This document shows, piece by piece, positions 29,444 to 40,024 of a stretch of 64,000 nt of DNA. This DNA is from Myxococcota bacterium (GTDB lineage Bacteria; Myxococcota_A; UBA796; GCA-2862545), in the NCBI GenBank assembly GCA_039208735.1, contig JBCCQY010000003.1, forward strand, positions 64,001 to 128,000, read 5' to 3'. The position numbers and the translations under genes are program-made. Positions within the stretch are counted from its first letter, which is position 1; each line of letters begins with the position of its first letter. The notes beneath the pieces were generated by a model. It worked only from the letters and a program-made list of their open reading frames with translations, searched no databases and had not been told where the DNA came from.

Positions 29444-31312
29444 ATGACGACGAACGCACTGCCCTTTGGACACTGGCCCTCTCCCATCACCGCGGATGAC
29501 CTCTCGGGCGACCTGCGCCTATCTGGCGTGACGTGGGCGGATGACGAGACGGTGGTTTGGAGAGAGGGGCGCTCCGGCAAAGGGGTCCTCGTCGCGGGCA
29601 GTCGGGCTCGGGGGCCGCGGGACCTGACACGCGCCCATGATGTGCAAGCGCAGGTCGGCTATGGAGGCGCTGATTTCACCGTTCACAACGGCGATGTGTA
29701 CTTTTCGGAGCGCGGCGTAGGCCGACTTTGGCGCATGCCCCTCGACGTCGGCGCACCCAGGCCGGTGACTCCCGCCGGGGGACACATTGCCGATCCCCAG
29801 GTGGCCCATGGTTGGGTGCTCTACGTGCATTCGGATTCGGAGGGCATCGATCGCATTGCGGTGGTGGATGCCGAAGGAAAACGTTGGCCCCAGATCCTCG
29901 CTGAGGGTCACGACTTCTATATGCAACCTCGGTTCTCGCCGGATGGGCGGCAGGTTGCGTTCATTGCCTGGGATCACCCTAGGATGCCCTGGGATGGCAC
30001 CACGCTCTACCACGGCCGATTCGAGGACGGACGCCTGCGCGAGGTCACGGCGGTGGCCGGAGGCCCGAAGACCGCCGTGTTCCAACCGGAGCTGCTGGCC
30101 GATGGCACGCTCCTGTACGTCAGCGACGAGACCGGCTGGGGTCAGCTGTGGCGGCATGACCTCACGACCGGTCAGCGAACCCGGCTTAGCGAAGATGGGG
30201 TTGAATACGGGCGACCCGCCTGGGTGCAGGGGCTACGCAGCTACTGTCGCCTTGCTGGCGACCGGGCGGTCGTCTGCATCCGAAACGAACGGGGCATCGA
30301 GCGGCTCGAACGCATCGACCTCGATTCGGGCCAGCGCACCCTCCTCCAATGCGATTCCACGTCGTTCGACCACATTGCAGCGGCCCCCGAAGGCGAACGG
30401 ATTGCCTGGGTGGGCGCCGCGGATCGAACTCCGCCGCGCGTGTGGGTGATGGATCTGGCATCCGGCGAGGTGGAGGTACGGGCGCACGCGTCGATGGAGC
30501 GTGTCGCACCCTCGCGCCTGGCCACCTGCGAACCCATCGCGTGGCCCACGGCGTCCGGCGAAGAGGCCTACGGCATGTTCTACCGGCCCGCCGGCGGTGT
30601 GGGCCCGGATGGGGAACGCCCTCCGCTCATCGTCTTCGTTCACGGGGGGCCGACCACCCAAGTTCGCGCCAGCTGGGATGCGCGCACGCAGTACTTTGCC
30701 ACCCGCGGCTACGCGGTGCTGTGGGTGAACTACCGGGGGAGTACGGGGTTTGGGCGCGCCTACCAAACGCGTCTGCGCGAATCGTGGGGCGTCCTCGACG
30801 TTGAAGACTGCGCATCGGCGGTCGCCTTCCTCGCAGGTCGTGGCGACATCGATGGTGACCGTTGCGTGATCGCGGGTGGCTCAGCCGGGGGATACACGGT
30901 TTGGCAGTCGCTGATTCATGCACCTGACGTATTCGCAGCGGGAATCGCCTATTATGGTGTGGCTGACCTCTTCTCGCTTGCCCGAGACACTCACAAGTTC
31001 GAGTCGAGATACCTCGACTCTCTCGTGGGCACCCTCCCCGAACATACCGCTCGTTACCGAGAACGGTCGCCGGTCTACCATGCCGACAAAATTACGAAGC
31101 CGGTCGCGGTCTATCAAGGGTCTGGGGACCGCGTCGTGCCGCAGAATCAGTCCGATGCGATCGTGAAATCCCTTGTAAAGAACAGGGTTTCTCACGTCTA
31201 CCACATCTACGAGGGCGAAGGGCACGGATTCCGGAAAGCCGAGACGTTGCAGCACTGGTTCGCCAGCATGGAAGAGTTCCTGAAGACCTACGTGCTGATT
31301 CACGGAGCGTGA
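29444..31312 (+). CDS. S9 family prolyl oligopeptidase/acylaminoacyl peptidase
   Basis: FGHWPSPI, HGGPT, NYRGSTGFG, GGSAGG, GEGHGF. Confidence 0.95.
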   Translation: MTTNALPFGHWPSPITADDLSGDLRLSGVTWADDETVVWREGRSGKGVLVAGSRARGPRDLTRAHDVQAQVGYGGADFTVHNGDVYFSERGVGRLWRMPLDVGAPRPVTPAGGHIADPQVAHGWVLYVHSDSEGIDRIAVVDAEGKRWPQILAEGHDFYMQPRFSPDGRQVAFIAWDHPRMPWDGTTLYHGRFEDGRLREVTAVAGGPKTAVFQPELLADGTLLYVSDETGWGQLWRHDLTTGQRTRLSEDGVEYGRPAWVQGLRSYCRLAGDRAVVCIRNERGIERLERIDLDSGQRTLLQCDSTSFDHIAAAPEGERIAWVGAADRTPPRVWVMDLASGEVEVRAHASMERVAPSRLATCEPIAWPTASGEEAYGMFYRPAGGVGPDGERPPLIVFVHGGPTTQVRASWDARTQYFATRGYAVLWVNYRGSTGFGRAYQTRLRESWGVLDVEDCASAVAFLAGRGDIDGDRCVIAGGSAGGYTVWQSLIHAPDVFAAGIAYYGVADLFSLARDTHKFESRYLDSLVGTLPEHTARYRERSPVYHADKITKPVAVYQGSGDRVVPQNQSDAIVKSLVKNRVSHVYHIYEGEGHGFRKAETLQHWFASMEEFLKTYVLIHGA

Positions 31313-31346
31313 ACAGCCGCGGTTCTCTGGGCCATCGACCGGCGTT

Positions 31347-32204
31347 ATGCGCGATTGGTTCGGAGAGAGGTGTTCCTTGGTGACGCACCACCGGCCCTAT
31401 CGCGTAAAGTACTGCCGAATCCTGCGGGATTCGCTCGCCGAGCGCGAAATGACGGCGAAGCAGCTCTCGGATGCTGTCGGGCGCTCCAAATCGTGGACGA
31501 GTCAGATCCTCAACGGCAAACGGTCCCTTCGTCCCGATGGCGCAGAGCGGCTGGCGAGGGCGTTGCGACTTCCAGAGCCCAGACGCCGTGAGCTGATCAC
31601 CTTGGTCCAAATGGATCGGGAGGTCCCAGGCACTTCACGACAGCGGCCCATGGGGGCCTCTGAACTCGTCGAATCGCCAGAGCGGGCCCGCCGGGGGCTG
31701 GCCGAGTGGTACGTGGGAGCAATCGTCGAACTGTCAGGTTGTGAGGGCTATAAACCTGATCCAGGGTGGATCGCGGCGACGCTCCGACCCCGTATTACGC
31801 CTGCGCAGGCGAAAGATGCCATGGACCGGCTCGTACGGATCGGCCTGCTCGACACGGCCTACCGGCGCATCGCATCGAAGGGTGACTTTGGGTTTTCGAC
31901 CGCGCCCGATGCCGAGATGTCGCCGGCCGCCAAGGTGTTTCACCGGGGCCTCAATGACTTGGCGACCGAGGCCCTGGAGCGCAACCAGTCCAATGAACAG
32001 TTCTTTCGAGGCGGATGCGTCGCACTGTCCGATGACAACCTGAAGGAGTTCCGCACCCGGGTCGCCGCCATCGCGAGCGAATACCTCGATGCGCCCATGC
32101 CCGAAAGCGGAACGCCAAACCGGATCTACTTGTTCAACGTCGGCTACTTCCCGGCCAGCCTCTACACCGACACCGAGTACGACCCCGAAGATCTCCCCGA
32201 GTAG
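31347..32204 (+). CDS. XRE-HTH plus DUF4423 (TIGR02147-like) protein
   Basis: SQILNGKRSL HTH; WYVGAIVEL, WIAATL, IYLFNVGYFP. Confidence 0.8.
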   Translation: MRDWFGERCSLVTHHRPYRVKYCRILRDSLAEREMTAKQLSDAVGRSKSWTSQILNGKRSLRPDGAERLARALRLPEPRRRELITLVQMDREVPGTSRQRPMGASELVESPERARRGLAEWYVGAIVELSGCEGYKPDPGWIAATLRPRITPAQAKDAMDRLVRIGLLDTAYRRIASKGDFGFSTAPDAEMSPAAKVFHRGLNDLATEALERNQSNEQFFRGGCVALSDDNLKEFRTRVAAIASEYLDAPMPESGTPNRIYLFNVGYFPASLYTDTEYDPEDLPE

Positions 32205-32207
32205 CGA

Positions 32208-32810
32208 CTACTCGGGCACCAGGCGCCCCTCATCGTCTCGTTGCCAACCCGCAATGGGTGCGTCGTCGGGGCCGCGAAGCGCGTAGCGGAAGTCCGCGCC
32301 CTCGAGCAACGCCTCGTCGAGCCGGGCACCGGTCAAGTCGGCCGCCATAAAGCTCGCATCGCGCAGATCGGCCCCAAACAACCAGGCTTCCGAGAGGTTG
32401 GCTCCCCTGAATCGACCCTTTCGAAGCGACACATCCTTGAGATTGGCTTTGGGCAGCCAGGCCCGCGAGGCCTTTACCGTGCCCCCCGCCCGCGAGATGC
32501 GTCGCACGAGTCCTGCGGTACGCAGCGCGGCTTCATCGGTGTGCCAGTCCCGGTAGTCCTCGAGCTGTTCTTGGTAGCCGCGGAGTCGTTCGCGACGTTG
32601 CCGCACTTCGTCGATCCAGAGGATGACCACTCCGAATAGTGCCACATCGAACGCCAGACCGTTGGCCTCGACCACCACGTCCCGGAGCCACGGCACGCCC
32701 TCGACGCCCCAACCCAAGTGCAACACGAGGTAGTCCAGCCATCCCACCACGATCATGACGATAGTGGCGGCGATCGCGCCCACCTGAACCCGTCCCAACC
32801 AGAAGCTCAC
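32208..32810 (-). CDS. membrane-anchored pentapeptide-repeat protein
   Basis: two TM segments then A(N/D)LxxA pentapeptide repeats. Confidence 0.8.
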   Translation of the reverse strand: MSFWLGRVQVGAIAATIVMIVVGWLDYLVLHLGWGVEGVPWLRDVVVEANGLAFDVALFGVVILWIDEVRQRRERLRGYQEQLEDYRDWHTDEAALRTAGLVRRISRAGGTVKASRAWLPKANLKDVSLRKGRFRGANLSEAWLFGADLRDASFMAADLTGARLDEALLEGADFRYALRGPDDAPIAGWQRDDEGRLVPE

Positions 32811-32917
32811 GCCCTACTCCTCTACGCGCCGAGCCTATGTTGGACCAAAACGTCCTGGGGCGTTGTCGGGAACCGCAAGGTCAAGGGGTTGTCAGTGCAG
32901 GAGATCTTGGAGGTCCC

Positions 32918-33175
32918 ATGATGCTCGTCTCCTCTTTGCTTGCCCTCGCCCTCGTTTCCCCTGCCGTGGCGGGTGATGAACCCAAGACCCAGGTTCCCAC
33001 CTACAAAAAGCGCACGATCATCGACTTCGACAAGGAACTCGAGATCGGCGCCGAGTTGACGAAGCCGACGGGAGAGTCGGTGACCATCTACGAGCCGCCG
33101 AAGGGACCGACGTTGGTGGCGCTGCGTAAGGACTTCAACCGCGAAATGAAGCAGAGCACCGCGCTGGTCAAGTGA
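32918..33175 (+). CDS. GltF/CglF-like small secreted gliding-motility protein
   Basis: signal peptide; YKKRTIIDFD..EIGAELTKPTG...LRKDFNREM. Confidence 0.7.
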   Translation: MMLVSSLLALALVSPAVAGDEPKTQVPTYKKRTIIDFDKELEIGAELTKPTGESVTIYEPPKGPTLVALRKDFNREMKQSTALVK

Positions 33176-34109
33176 GGGTGTGCTGACGTCGCCATTGGCC
33201 AGGCGGCACGCCTGTCACGGCCGAAAACGATCGGCTGAACGAGACCGATGAGGCGTAGCCCACCTCCGTGGCCACCGCGTCGAGCGGCAGTCGACCATCG
33301 CGCAGCAGTTCCTGAGCGCGGTGCACACGCCACCGACGCACGTAGTCGAACGGGGTGAGCCCCACCCGTCGCCGAAACGTCCGGGCAAATTGGGTTCGTG
33401 ACATGCCCGCAATTCGAGCCAGCCCTTCGAGGGTCCAGGCGTCGGCGGGGCGCTCTCCAATCGCGGTCATCGCCTTGGCAACTCCGGGATGCGAGAGGCC
33501 GTCGAGTAGCCCAGGTTCTGGCAGTCCTTCACGGGCCGCTCTTCGAACGAGGTGGATCCAAAGCAGTTCGGTCAGCCGTGACGCGACCACCGGTGACCCC
33601 GCAGCGCCCGAGTCTCGCTCAACCTCGAGCAGGTGGAGGAGTGCTTGGAGCCCTTCGTCCTGCTCCTCTTTGCGCAGCACGAAGAGACTTGGGAACAAGT
33701 CGAATAGCGGGTGGGGGTCGGGGGCGGACCACATGATGTTGGAGGTGAAGATTCGCGCCTTCAGGGGCCCTTCGCCACACCGAACGCGCTTGGAAACGCC
33801 GGGTCCAAGGTCCAGTTGGGCCTCGGCGAGCGGCACCGCATGGGCGTGCTCCGAGGTGCGGCCTCGGTGACCATTGGCTCGCAAAACCCACGCCACGTCC
33901 CCCGGATGGATGACTTGAAGCTCGATGGTGGGGCCATCGAGCCACACCGTGCCTTCCTGCAGTTGGTGGAGGCAGGTTGCGGTGGCCCCATCCGGGAAGA
34001 CCAGCCCCGACGAGCCATAGAGCGTGGATTCGGTCAGGTGGACGGTGCCGATCGCCAGTGCGTCGAGGACCTGGTTCAGCACTTGGGAAGCGGTGGGATC
34101 GATCGCCAT
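33168..34109 (-). CDS. AraC family regulator with cupin domain
   Basis: WTLEGLARIAGMSRTQF, VGYASSVSFSRSF. Confidence 0.92.
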   Translation of the reverse strand: MAIDPTASQVLNQVLDALAIGTVHLTESTLYGSSGLVFPDGATATCLHQLQEGTVWLDGPTIELQVIHPGDVAWVLRANGHRGRTSEHAHAVPLAEAQLDLGPGVSKRVRCGEGPLKARIFTSNIMWSAPDPHPLFDLFPSLFVLRKEEQDEGLQALLHLLEVERDSGAAGSPVVASRLTELLWIHLVRRAAREGLPEPGLLDGLSHPGVAKAMTAIGERPADAWTLEGLARIAGMSRTQFARTFRRRVGLTPFDYVRRWRVHRAQELLRDGRLPLDAVATEVGYASSVSFSRSFSAVTGVPPGQWRRQHTLT

Positions 34110-34194
34110 GCGTACGCCGTATCAAGAATTCGGCACGCCAAGACATGGAGCGTACGGCAGTCGGAGCCTACGAACCCTTCACGAAGGAGGTCTC

Positions 34195-34788
34195 ATGCTC
34201 ACTTGGCTCTTCACCACGGCCTTTGCGGCGGCGCCCTTGCCCGGACCCGACACGCCGCTCCCCGAGATCGATCCCGACAACAAACTGCGCATCGCGCATC
34301 ATGAAGTGATCATCGAGGTTCCCGTCGACGAACTTTATGCTTGGTGGCGTCAGGCCACCCTCGCCGAGTTGGCCGTCGAAACCGAGGTGATTCCGAAGGT
34401 GGAACGCACGGAGTTCCTTCGGGGAGACGTCTGGCAGGGCCAGGGAACGCGACGGCGGGTGTTCCTTGAAGACGGCTCGGTCGCCACCGAGGAAATCCTT
34501 GCCGACGAGGGGCCGGCACGGTTCCGCTATCAAGTGTTTGGCTACACCAGCTCGGCGGCGCGATTCGTTGAGTATGGCGTAGGTGAGTTCAACCTGACAC
34601 CCGAGGGGGCAGAGGCCACGCGGGTGCAATGGACGTATAAGTTTCGGCCTCAGACGATGGTAGGCAAGCTGTTCCTGGGCGGATGGGTACGTCGGAACTG
34701 GAGTCCTTGGATGGAGGGTTACCTCGACAACATGAAAACGGGTGCGGAGGCGGCGATCCGTGCGTCGCAGGGCCAGGCGTCACGGTAG
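34195..34788 (+). CDS. SRPBCC/polyketide-cyclase family protein, secreted
   Basis: AAGGAGG RBS; GTRRRVFLEDG, TRVQWTYKF. Confidence 0.8.
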   Translation: MLTWLFTTAFAAAPLPGPDTPLPEIDPDNKLRIAHHEVIIEVPVDELYAWWRQATLAELAVETEVIPKVERTEFLRGDVWQGQGTRRRVFLEDGSVATEEILADEGPARFRYQVFGYTSSAARFVEYGVGEFNLTPEGAEATRVQWTYKFRPQTMVGKLFLGGWVRRNWSPWMEGYLDNMKTGAEAAIRASQGQASR

Positions 34789-34817
34789 CGTCAAACACGC
34801 GTGCTAGGCTTCGCCGC

Positions 34818-35270
34818 ATGATGAACACAACCTTGTTTGCCTTGTTGTTTGCTGGCTGCGGCGCCCAGAACGCCTCGAGCCCCACTCCCACCCCTACGCC
34901 GGCTCCCGAAGCTCCCGAGGCCGCGGCCAAAGCTACGCCCGCCGAGCCTGCGATGTTGGTTTCGGGCACGATCACGGCACCGGAGGACGCGCCCGAAGCC
35001 AAGGCCGTTTACGTGTCGTTGCGCAAGGCGGGCGTTCCCGGACCCCCACTGGCGGCGAAGCGGCTGCCCGCGGGACCTTTCCCGCTCACGTTTGTCATCA
35101 CTGAAAGCGACCGCCCCATGGTCAACGGGCCCGTGCCGGACGAAGTCGAACTCAAGGTGACGCTCGACGTGGACGGGGACCCGATGTCCAAGAGCGAGAC
35201 CGACCTCGTCTCCATCACGACGGTAGAGCGTGGCGCAAAGGATCTACAGGTCGCCCTCGCACCTCAATAG
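34818..35270 (+). CDS. lipoprotein (CcmI C-terminal-like beta domain)
   Basis: FAGC lipobox, PT linker, GPPLAAKRL..FPLTF. Confidence 0.7.
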   Translation: MMNTTLFALLFAGCGAQNASSPTPTPTPAPEAPEAAAKATPAEPAMLVSGTITAPEDAPEAKAVYVSLRKAGVPGPPLAAKRLPAGPFPLTFVITESDRPMVNGPVPDEVELKVTLDVDGDPMSKSETDLVSITTVERGAKDLQVALAPQ

Positions 35271-35425
35271 GCGGTCCCTCGACCCCAACGCGGCCCGGCC
35301 CGTGCCACCTTGCTCCACTCGTTCGGAGAACGCGCAGCCGCATGTAAGCCAGGAGCGAACGAAGATTCGCACCTGCAGCCATGTGTATACTTGCAATGGC
35401 GAGTCCAGATCTGCATTGTGGATAG

Positions 35426-38400
35426 GTGCGCAATAAACTACACACCTGCCCCGGGTCGCCGGGTCTGTACCGTTCTGACTTCGAGCATGATGCTTGCGGC
35501 ATGGGTTTTGTGGCTCAACTCCAGGGCCACAAATCTCGCCAGATCCTGCTCGATGCTCTTCATGTCCTCGAGCGACTAAGCCACCGCGCGGCTGCGGGCG
35601 CCGATGCTCAGACCGGCGATGGCGCGGGCGTCTTGCTCCAGCTTCCCCATCGCTTCTTCAAGCGCGCGGGGCTCGAGCGGGGCTTCGACATGCCACGACG
35701 CCGCCGATATGCAGTTGGACAGCTCTTTCTGCCCCTGGATCCCAAGGCACGAGAGGCCTGTGAACGCATCGTTGAACAGGTCATCGAGGAAGAGGGCCAG
35801 CGCGTCATTGGTTGGCGCGATGTGCCCGTCGATATCGAGGCTTCGGGGCCGATTGCTCGGGAGGTTCGACCTGCCTTTCGCCAGATTTACGTCGGACGGC
35901 GTCGCGTCCCCCCGACCGCCTTTCAACGGGTGCTTTACGTCATTCGTAAGCGCTTCGAAGAACGAATTCGACAATCTGGTGTCGACCCAGAAGGGCGGTT
36001 CCACTGCGCAAGTTTGTCGGCAGAGACCATTGTCTACAAGGGTTTGTTACAACCGTCGCAACTTTTTTCCTTTTACGAGGATCTTCGCGCCGACGATATG
36101 GTGACGGCAATCGCGTTGGTTCACTCAAGGTTCTCGACGAATACCTTTCCGACCTGGGATCTCGCTCAACCCTTCCACTATGTCTGCCACAACGGGGAGA
36201 TCAACACGCTAAGGGGGAATCGGAATTGGACCCGCGCCCGCCGATCCACCCTCCAATCTGCAAAATTTCCTGGAGGCCTTGAACGGTTGGGGCCTCTCAT
36301 CGTTCCGGGAACGAGCGATTCGGCACAGTTCGACAACATGCTCGAGCTGCTCCACCTTGGGGGACGAAGCCTGCCCCAAGCCATGATGATGATGATTCCT
36401 GAGGCGTGGCGGGGGAATCCCTCGATGCCGGAGGCCCGACGGGATTTCTATCGCTACACCGAGGCGCTCATCGAGCCCTGGGACGGTCCGGCCGCCATGG
36501 CGTTCACCGATGGGACGTTGGTGGGGGCCACCCTCGACCGGAACGGACTTCGGCCGGCCCGCTACCTCGTGACCGATGACGACCGGGTGGTCCTGGCGTC
36601 TGAGACCGGTGTGATCGACATCTCGCCCGAACGGGTTCGGGCAAAGGGGCGTCTTCAACCGGGTCGCATGTTGGTCATCGACACCGAACAGGGCCGCATC
36701 CTTCGCGACGACGAGGTCAAGGCCGACATCGTGTCGCGCTACCCCTACGGGCGCTGGCTCGCGAAGAATGTCTACGAAGTGGACCGTACGGCTGATGACA
36801 TTCGCATTCGCCCCGGCCAACCCTTTTATGGCATTCCGCCATTCCCCGATGGAGCCGTCGGTCCGGTTCCGGATTCAGAGGCCATCCGTCGCCAACAACT
36901 CGCGTTTGGCTACACCGATGAAGACATCGACGTCCTGGTGGCGCCGATGGCCCGTGACGGCGCGGAGCCGATCGGGGCGATGGGCAACGATGCCCCGTTG
37001 GCCTGCCTCTCGGACCAAGCGCCGCCCTTGCCTCGCTATTTCCATCAGCTCTTCGCCCAGGTGACGAACCCGCCTATCGATCCCATCCGGGAAGCGGTGG
37101 TGATGTCGTTGGCCACGGCGTTGGGGCCAGGCGGCAACACGTTCGAGGAGACCCCCGAGCAGTGCCATGTGTTGCAGCTCGAGTCGCCGATTCTGACGAA
37201 CGAAAAGCTGGAAAAGATCGCGAACATTCGTGAAGGGGTGTTCGAGTCTGTGCGTCTCGATCTCACGTTTGACGTGGCGGCGGGGCCCGACGGACTCGAA
37301 CCTGCGATTGAGGCGCTTTGTGAGGCGGCGTCGGCTCGGGTGGACGAGGGGATGAGCGTCCTCATTCTCTCGGACCGGGCGGTCGATGCAGACCACGCCC
37401 CGATTCCTGCATTGCTCGCAGTCAGTGCGGTTCATCAACACTTGGTACGCGAGGGTTCACGCCTGCAGGTAGGGCTCGTTCTCGAAACTGCAGAGGCGAG
37501 GGAAGTCCACGATTTCGCGTGTTTGCTTGGCTACGGGGTGGGGGCGATCAACCCCTACCTTGCGCTCGACACGGTGCACGATCTAGTGCGCGAGGGGCGC
37601 GTCGAGGGCGACCCCGACCGGGCGGTGGCCCGCTACGTGCGTGCGGTCGAAAAGGGGCTGCTCAAGGTGCTCTCGAAGATGGGAATCTCCACCCTGACAT
37701 CGTACCGAGGGGCCCAGATTTTCGAGGCGGTGGGCCTCGATCCTGCGGTCATCGATCGCTACTTCACGGGCACCCCTTCGCGCATTGGCGGCTTGGACCT
37801 GGCCGACATTGGGCGAGAAGCGCTCACGAGACATGACCGCGCAAGCTATGCCGCGGCCGTCGCGCCCGGGTTGCCGACCGGTGGGGACTACCGCTGGCGC
37901 CGTCGGGGAGAGCGGCACAAATGGACCCCCTCCACGATCACAGCGTTGCAACAAGCCACCCGGGTTCCGGGAGGCAACGCGCAGGCGTTCGAGCGCTTCT
38001 GCGCGCTGGTCGACGAAGAAGACGAGGCGCGATGCACCCTGCGCGGTCTCCTTGAATTTGATGTTGAGCCATCGTCGGCCATTCCTCTTGGCGAGGTCGA
38101 ACCGGTCGAGGCCATCGCCCGTCGCTTCGTGACCGGTGCAATGTCGTTCGGCTCGCTGTCCCCCGAAGCCCACGAGACGCTGGCCATCGCCATGAACCGG
38201 CTGGGGGGACGGTCAAACTCCGGTGAGGGAGGCGAGGAGCCCCATCGCTTCTTCCCCGATCCGGACGGGACGGATCGGGGCTCGCGCATCAAGCAGGTGG
38301 CTTCTGGTCGGTTTGGCGTCACCGCGCACTACCTCGTGAACGCAAACGACCTTCAAATCAAGATGGCCCAAGGCGCAAAGCCCGGTGAAGGCGGCCAGCT

Positions 38401-40024
38401 GCCGGGGCACAAAGTGGATGTGCGAATCGCCAGGGTACGGCATTCGACGCCGGGGGTTTCGCTGATTTCGCCCCCGCCCCACCACGACATCTACTCGATC
38501 GAAGACCTGGCTCAGCTGATCTACGACCTACAAGCCATCAATCCGGACGCTCGGGTTAGCGTGAAGCTCGTGAGCGAAGTGGGGGTGGGCACCGTCGCTG
38601 CGGGCGTGGCGAAGGCCTACGCGGGCTGTGTGGTCATCGCCGGCATGGATGGCGGGACAGGTGCCTCGCCTCTTTCGAGCCTCAAGCGAGCCGGCCTGCC
38701 GTGGGAGTTGGGCCTGTCAGAGACCCACCAGGTGCTGACGCGAAACCGGTTGCGGGATCGCATTCGGGTGCAAGTCGACGGGGGGATTCGGACGGGTCGT
38801 GACCTCGCCATTGCAACGCTGCTCGGCGCCGAGGAGTGGGGCGTGGCCACGGCCGCGTTGGTTGTGGAAGGCTGCATCTTGCTGCGCAAGTGCCACAAAA
38901 ACACGTGCTCGGTGGGAATTGCGACCCAAAATCCTGCGCTGCGGGCTCGCTTTGCGGGCTCGCCAGACCACGTCGTGACGTACTTCACGCTTTTGGCCGA
39001 GCATCTGCGCAGCATCATGGCCAAGCTCGGTTTTCGGACTGTCGACGAGATGGTGGGCCGGGTGGACCGCTTGCGTCCGAAGAAGGTGCTGCCCCATGAG
39101 AAGGCCGCGACCCTCGACCTGCAAGCCATCATTGCTCCAGTGGGCGTTCCCGAGGATTGGCCACGCCGTTGCGCGACGCCGCAGCGGGTTGATCAGCAGG
39201 CCCATCTCGACCATCGGATCTTGGAAGCGGCTCCGGCTCCCTGGGACGACGAGGTCCGATTGGCTTTGCCCATTCGCAACGTGGATCGAGCTGTGGGAAC
39301 TCGACTATCGGGTGAGGTCGCGCGACTGCACGGGGCCAACGGTCTTCCCGAGGGCCGCATCGATGTGACGCTTACGGGCTCGGCGGGTCAGAGCTTCGGG
39401 GCCTTCTTGTCACCGGGCATCACGCTGCGCCTCATAGGCGACGGCAATGACTACGTGGGCAAGGGCCTTTGCGGTGGAATTGTGGCGGCTCGGCCCCCGG
39501 AGGGGTCGCCGTTTGCCGCCGAAGATCAGATCCTTGTGGGCAACGTGGTGCTGTACGGTGCCACGTTTGGCCAGGCCTACATCAACGGCCGCGCGGGAGA
39601 ACGGTTTGCGGTGCGCAACAGCGGTGCCGTCGCGGTGGTGGAGGGCACGGGAGACCACGCCTGCGAATACATGACCGGAGGCACGGTGGTCATCCTGGGT
39701 CGAACGGGCCGCAACTTTGGCGCGGGGATGTCGGGTGGCTTTGCCTACGTCTACGACGTTGACCAGCGGTTTCGGGAGCGGTGCAACCTCGAGACCCTGC
39801 GCCTCGATGCCGTTTCAGAGACCGACTGGCGCACCATCATCGACCTCATCGCGCAGCACGTGACGTTCACGGGCAGTTCGCTTGGGAAACGTCTGCTTGA
39901 ACAACCCGGTTTACGCACGAGTTTCGTGAAGGTGGTGCCGCTCGAGTACGAACGTGCGTTGCGGGCGCTCCAGACGTCCACGCCCGTCTTGGCCGCAAAG
40001 GAGGACGCACATGGGTCGCGATGA
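35426..40024 (+). CDS. gltB: glutamate synthase large subunit
   Basis: EHDACG, HSRFSTNT, IKQVASGRFG, GAKPGEGG, CILLRKCHKNTC. Confidence 0.98.
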   Translation: MRNKLHTCPGSPGLYRSDFEHDACGMGFVAQLQGHKSRQILLDALHVLERLSHRAAAGADAQTGDGAGVLLQLPHRFFKRAGLERGFDMPRRRRYAVGQLFLPLDPKAREACERIVEQVIEEEGQRVIGWRDVPVDIEASGPIAREVRPAFRQIYVGRRRVPPTAFQRVLYVIRKRFEERIRQSGVDPEGRFHCASLSAETIVYKGLLQPSQLFSFYEDLRADDMVTAIALVHSRFSTNTFPTWDLAQPFHYVCHNGEINTLRGNRNWTRARRSTLQSAKFPGGLERLGPLIVPGTSDSAQFDNMLELLHLGGRSLPQAMMMMIPEAWRGNPSMPEARRDFYRYTEALIEPWDGPAAMAFTDGTLVGATLDRNGLRPARYLVTDDDRVVLASETGVIDISPERVRAKGRLQPGRMLVIDTEQGRILRDDEVKADIVSRYPYGRWLAKNVYEVDRTADDIRIRPGQPFYGIPPFPDGAVGPVPDSEAIRRQQLAFGYTDEDIDVLVAPMARDGAEPIGAMGNDAPLACLSDQAPPLPRYFHQLFAQVTNPPIDPIREAVVMSLATALGPGGNTFEETPEQCHVLQLESPILTNEKLEKIANIREGVFESVRLDLTFDVAAGPDGLEPAIEALCEAASARVDEGMSVLILSDRAVDADHAPIPALLAVSAVHQHLVREGSRLQVGLVLETAEAREVHDFACLLGYGVGAINPYLALDTVHDLVREGRVEGDPDRAVARYVRAVEKGLLKVLSKMGISTLTSYRGAQIFEAVGLDPAVIDRYFTGTPSRIGGLDLADIGREALTRHDRASYAAAVAPGLPTGGDYRWRRRGERHKWTPSTITALQQATRVPGGNAQAFERFCALVDEEDEARCTLRGLLEFDVEPSSAIPLGEVEPVEAIARRFVTGAMSFGSLSPEAHETLAIAMNRLGGRSNSGEGGEEPHRFFPDPDGTDRGSRIKQVASGRFGVTAHYLVNANDLQIKMAQGAKPGEGGQLPGHKVDVRIARVRHSTPGVSLISPPPHHDIYSIEDLAQLIYDLQAINPDARVSVKLVSEVGVGTVAAGVAKAYAGCVVIAGMDGGTGASPLSSLKRAGLPWELGLSETHQVLTRNRLRDRIRVQVDGGIRTGRDLAIATLLGAEEWGVATAALVVEGCILLRKCHKNTCSVGIATQNPALRARFAGSPDHVVTYFTLLAEHLRSIMAKLGFRTVDEMVGRVDRLRPKKVLPHEKAATLDLQAIIAPVGVPEDWPRRCATPQRVDQQAHLDHRILEAAPAPWDDEVRLALPIRNVDRAVGTRLSGEVARLHGANGLPEGRIDVTLTGSAGQSFGAFLSPGITLRLIGDGNDYVGKGLCGGIVAARPPEGSPFAAEDQILVGNVVLYGATFGQAYINGRAGERFAVRNSGAVAVVEGTGDHACEYMTGGTVVILGRTGRNFGAGMSGGFAYVYDVDQRFRERCNLETLRLDAVSETDWRTIIDLIAQHVTFTGSSLGKRLLEQPGLRTSFVKVVPLEYERALRALQTSTPVLAAKEDAHGSR

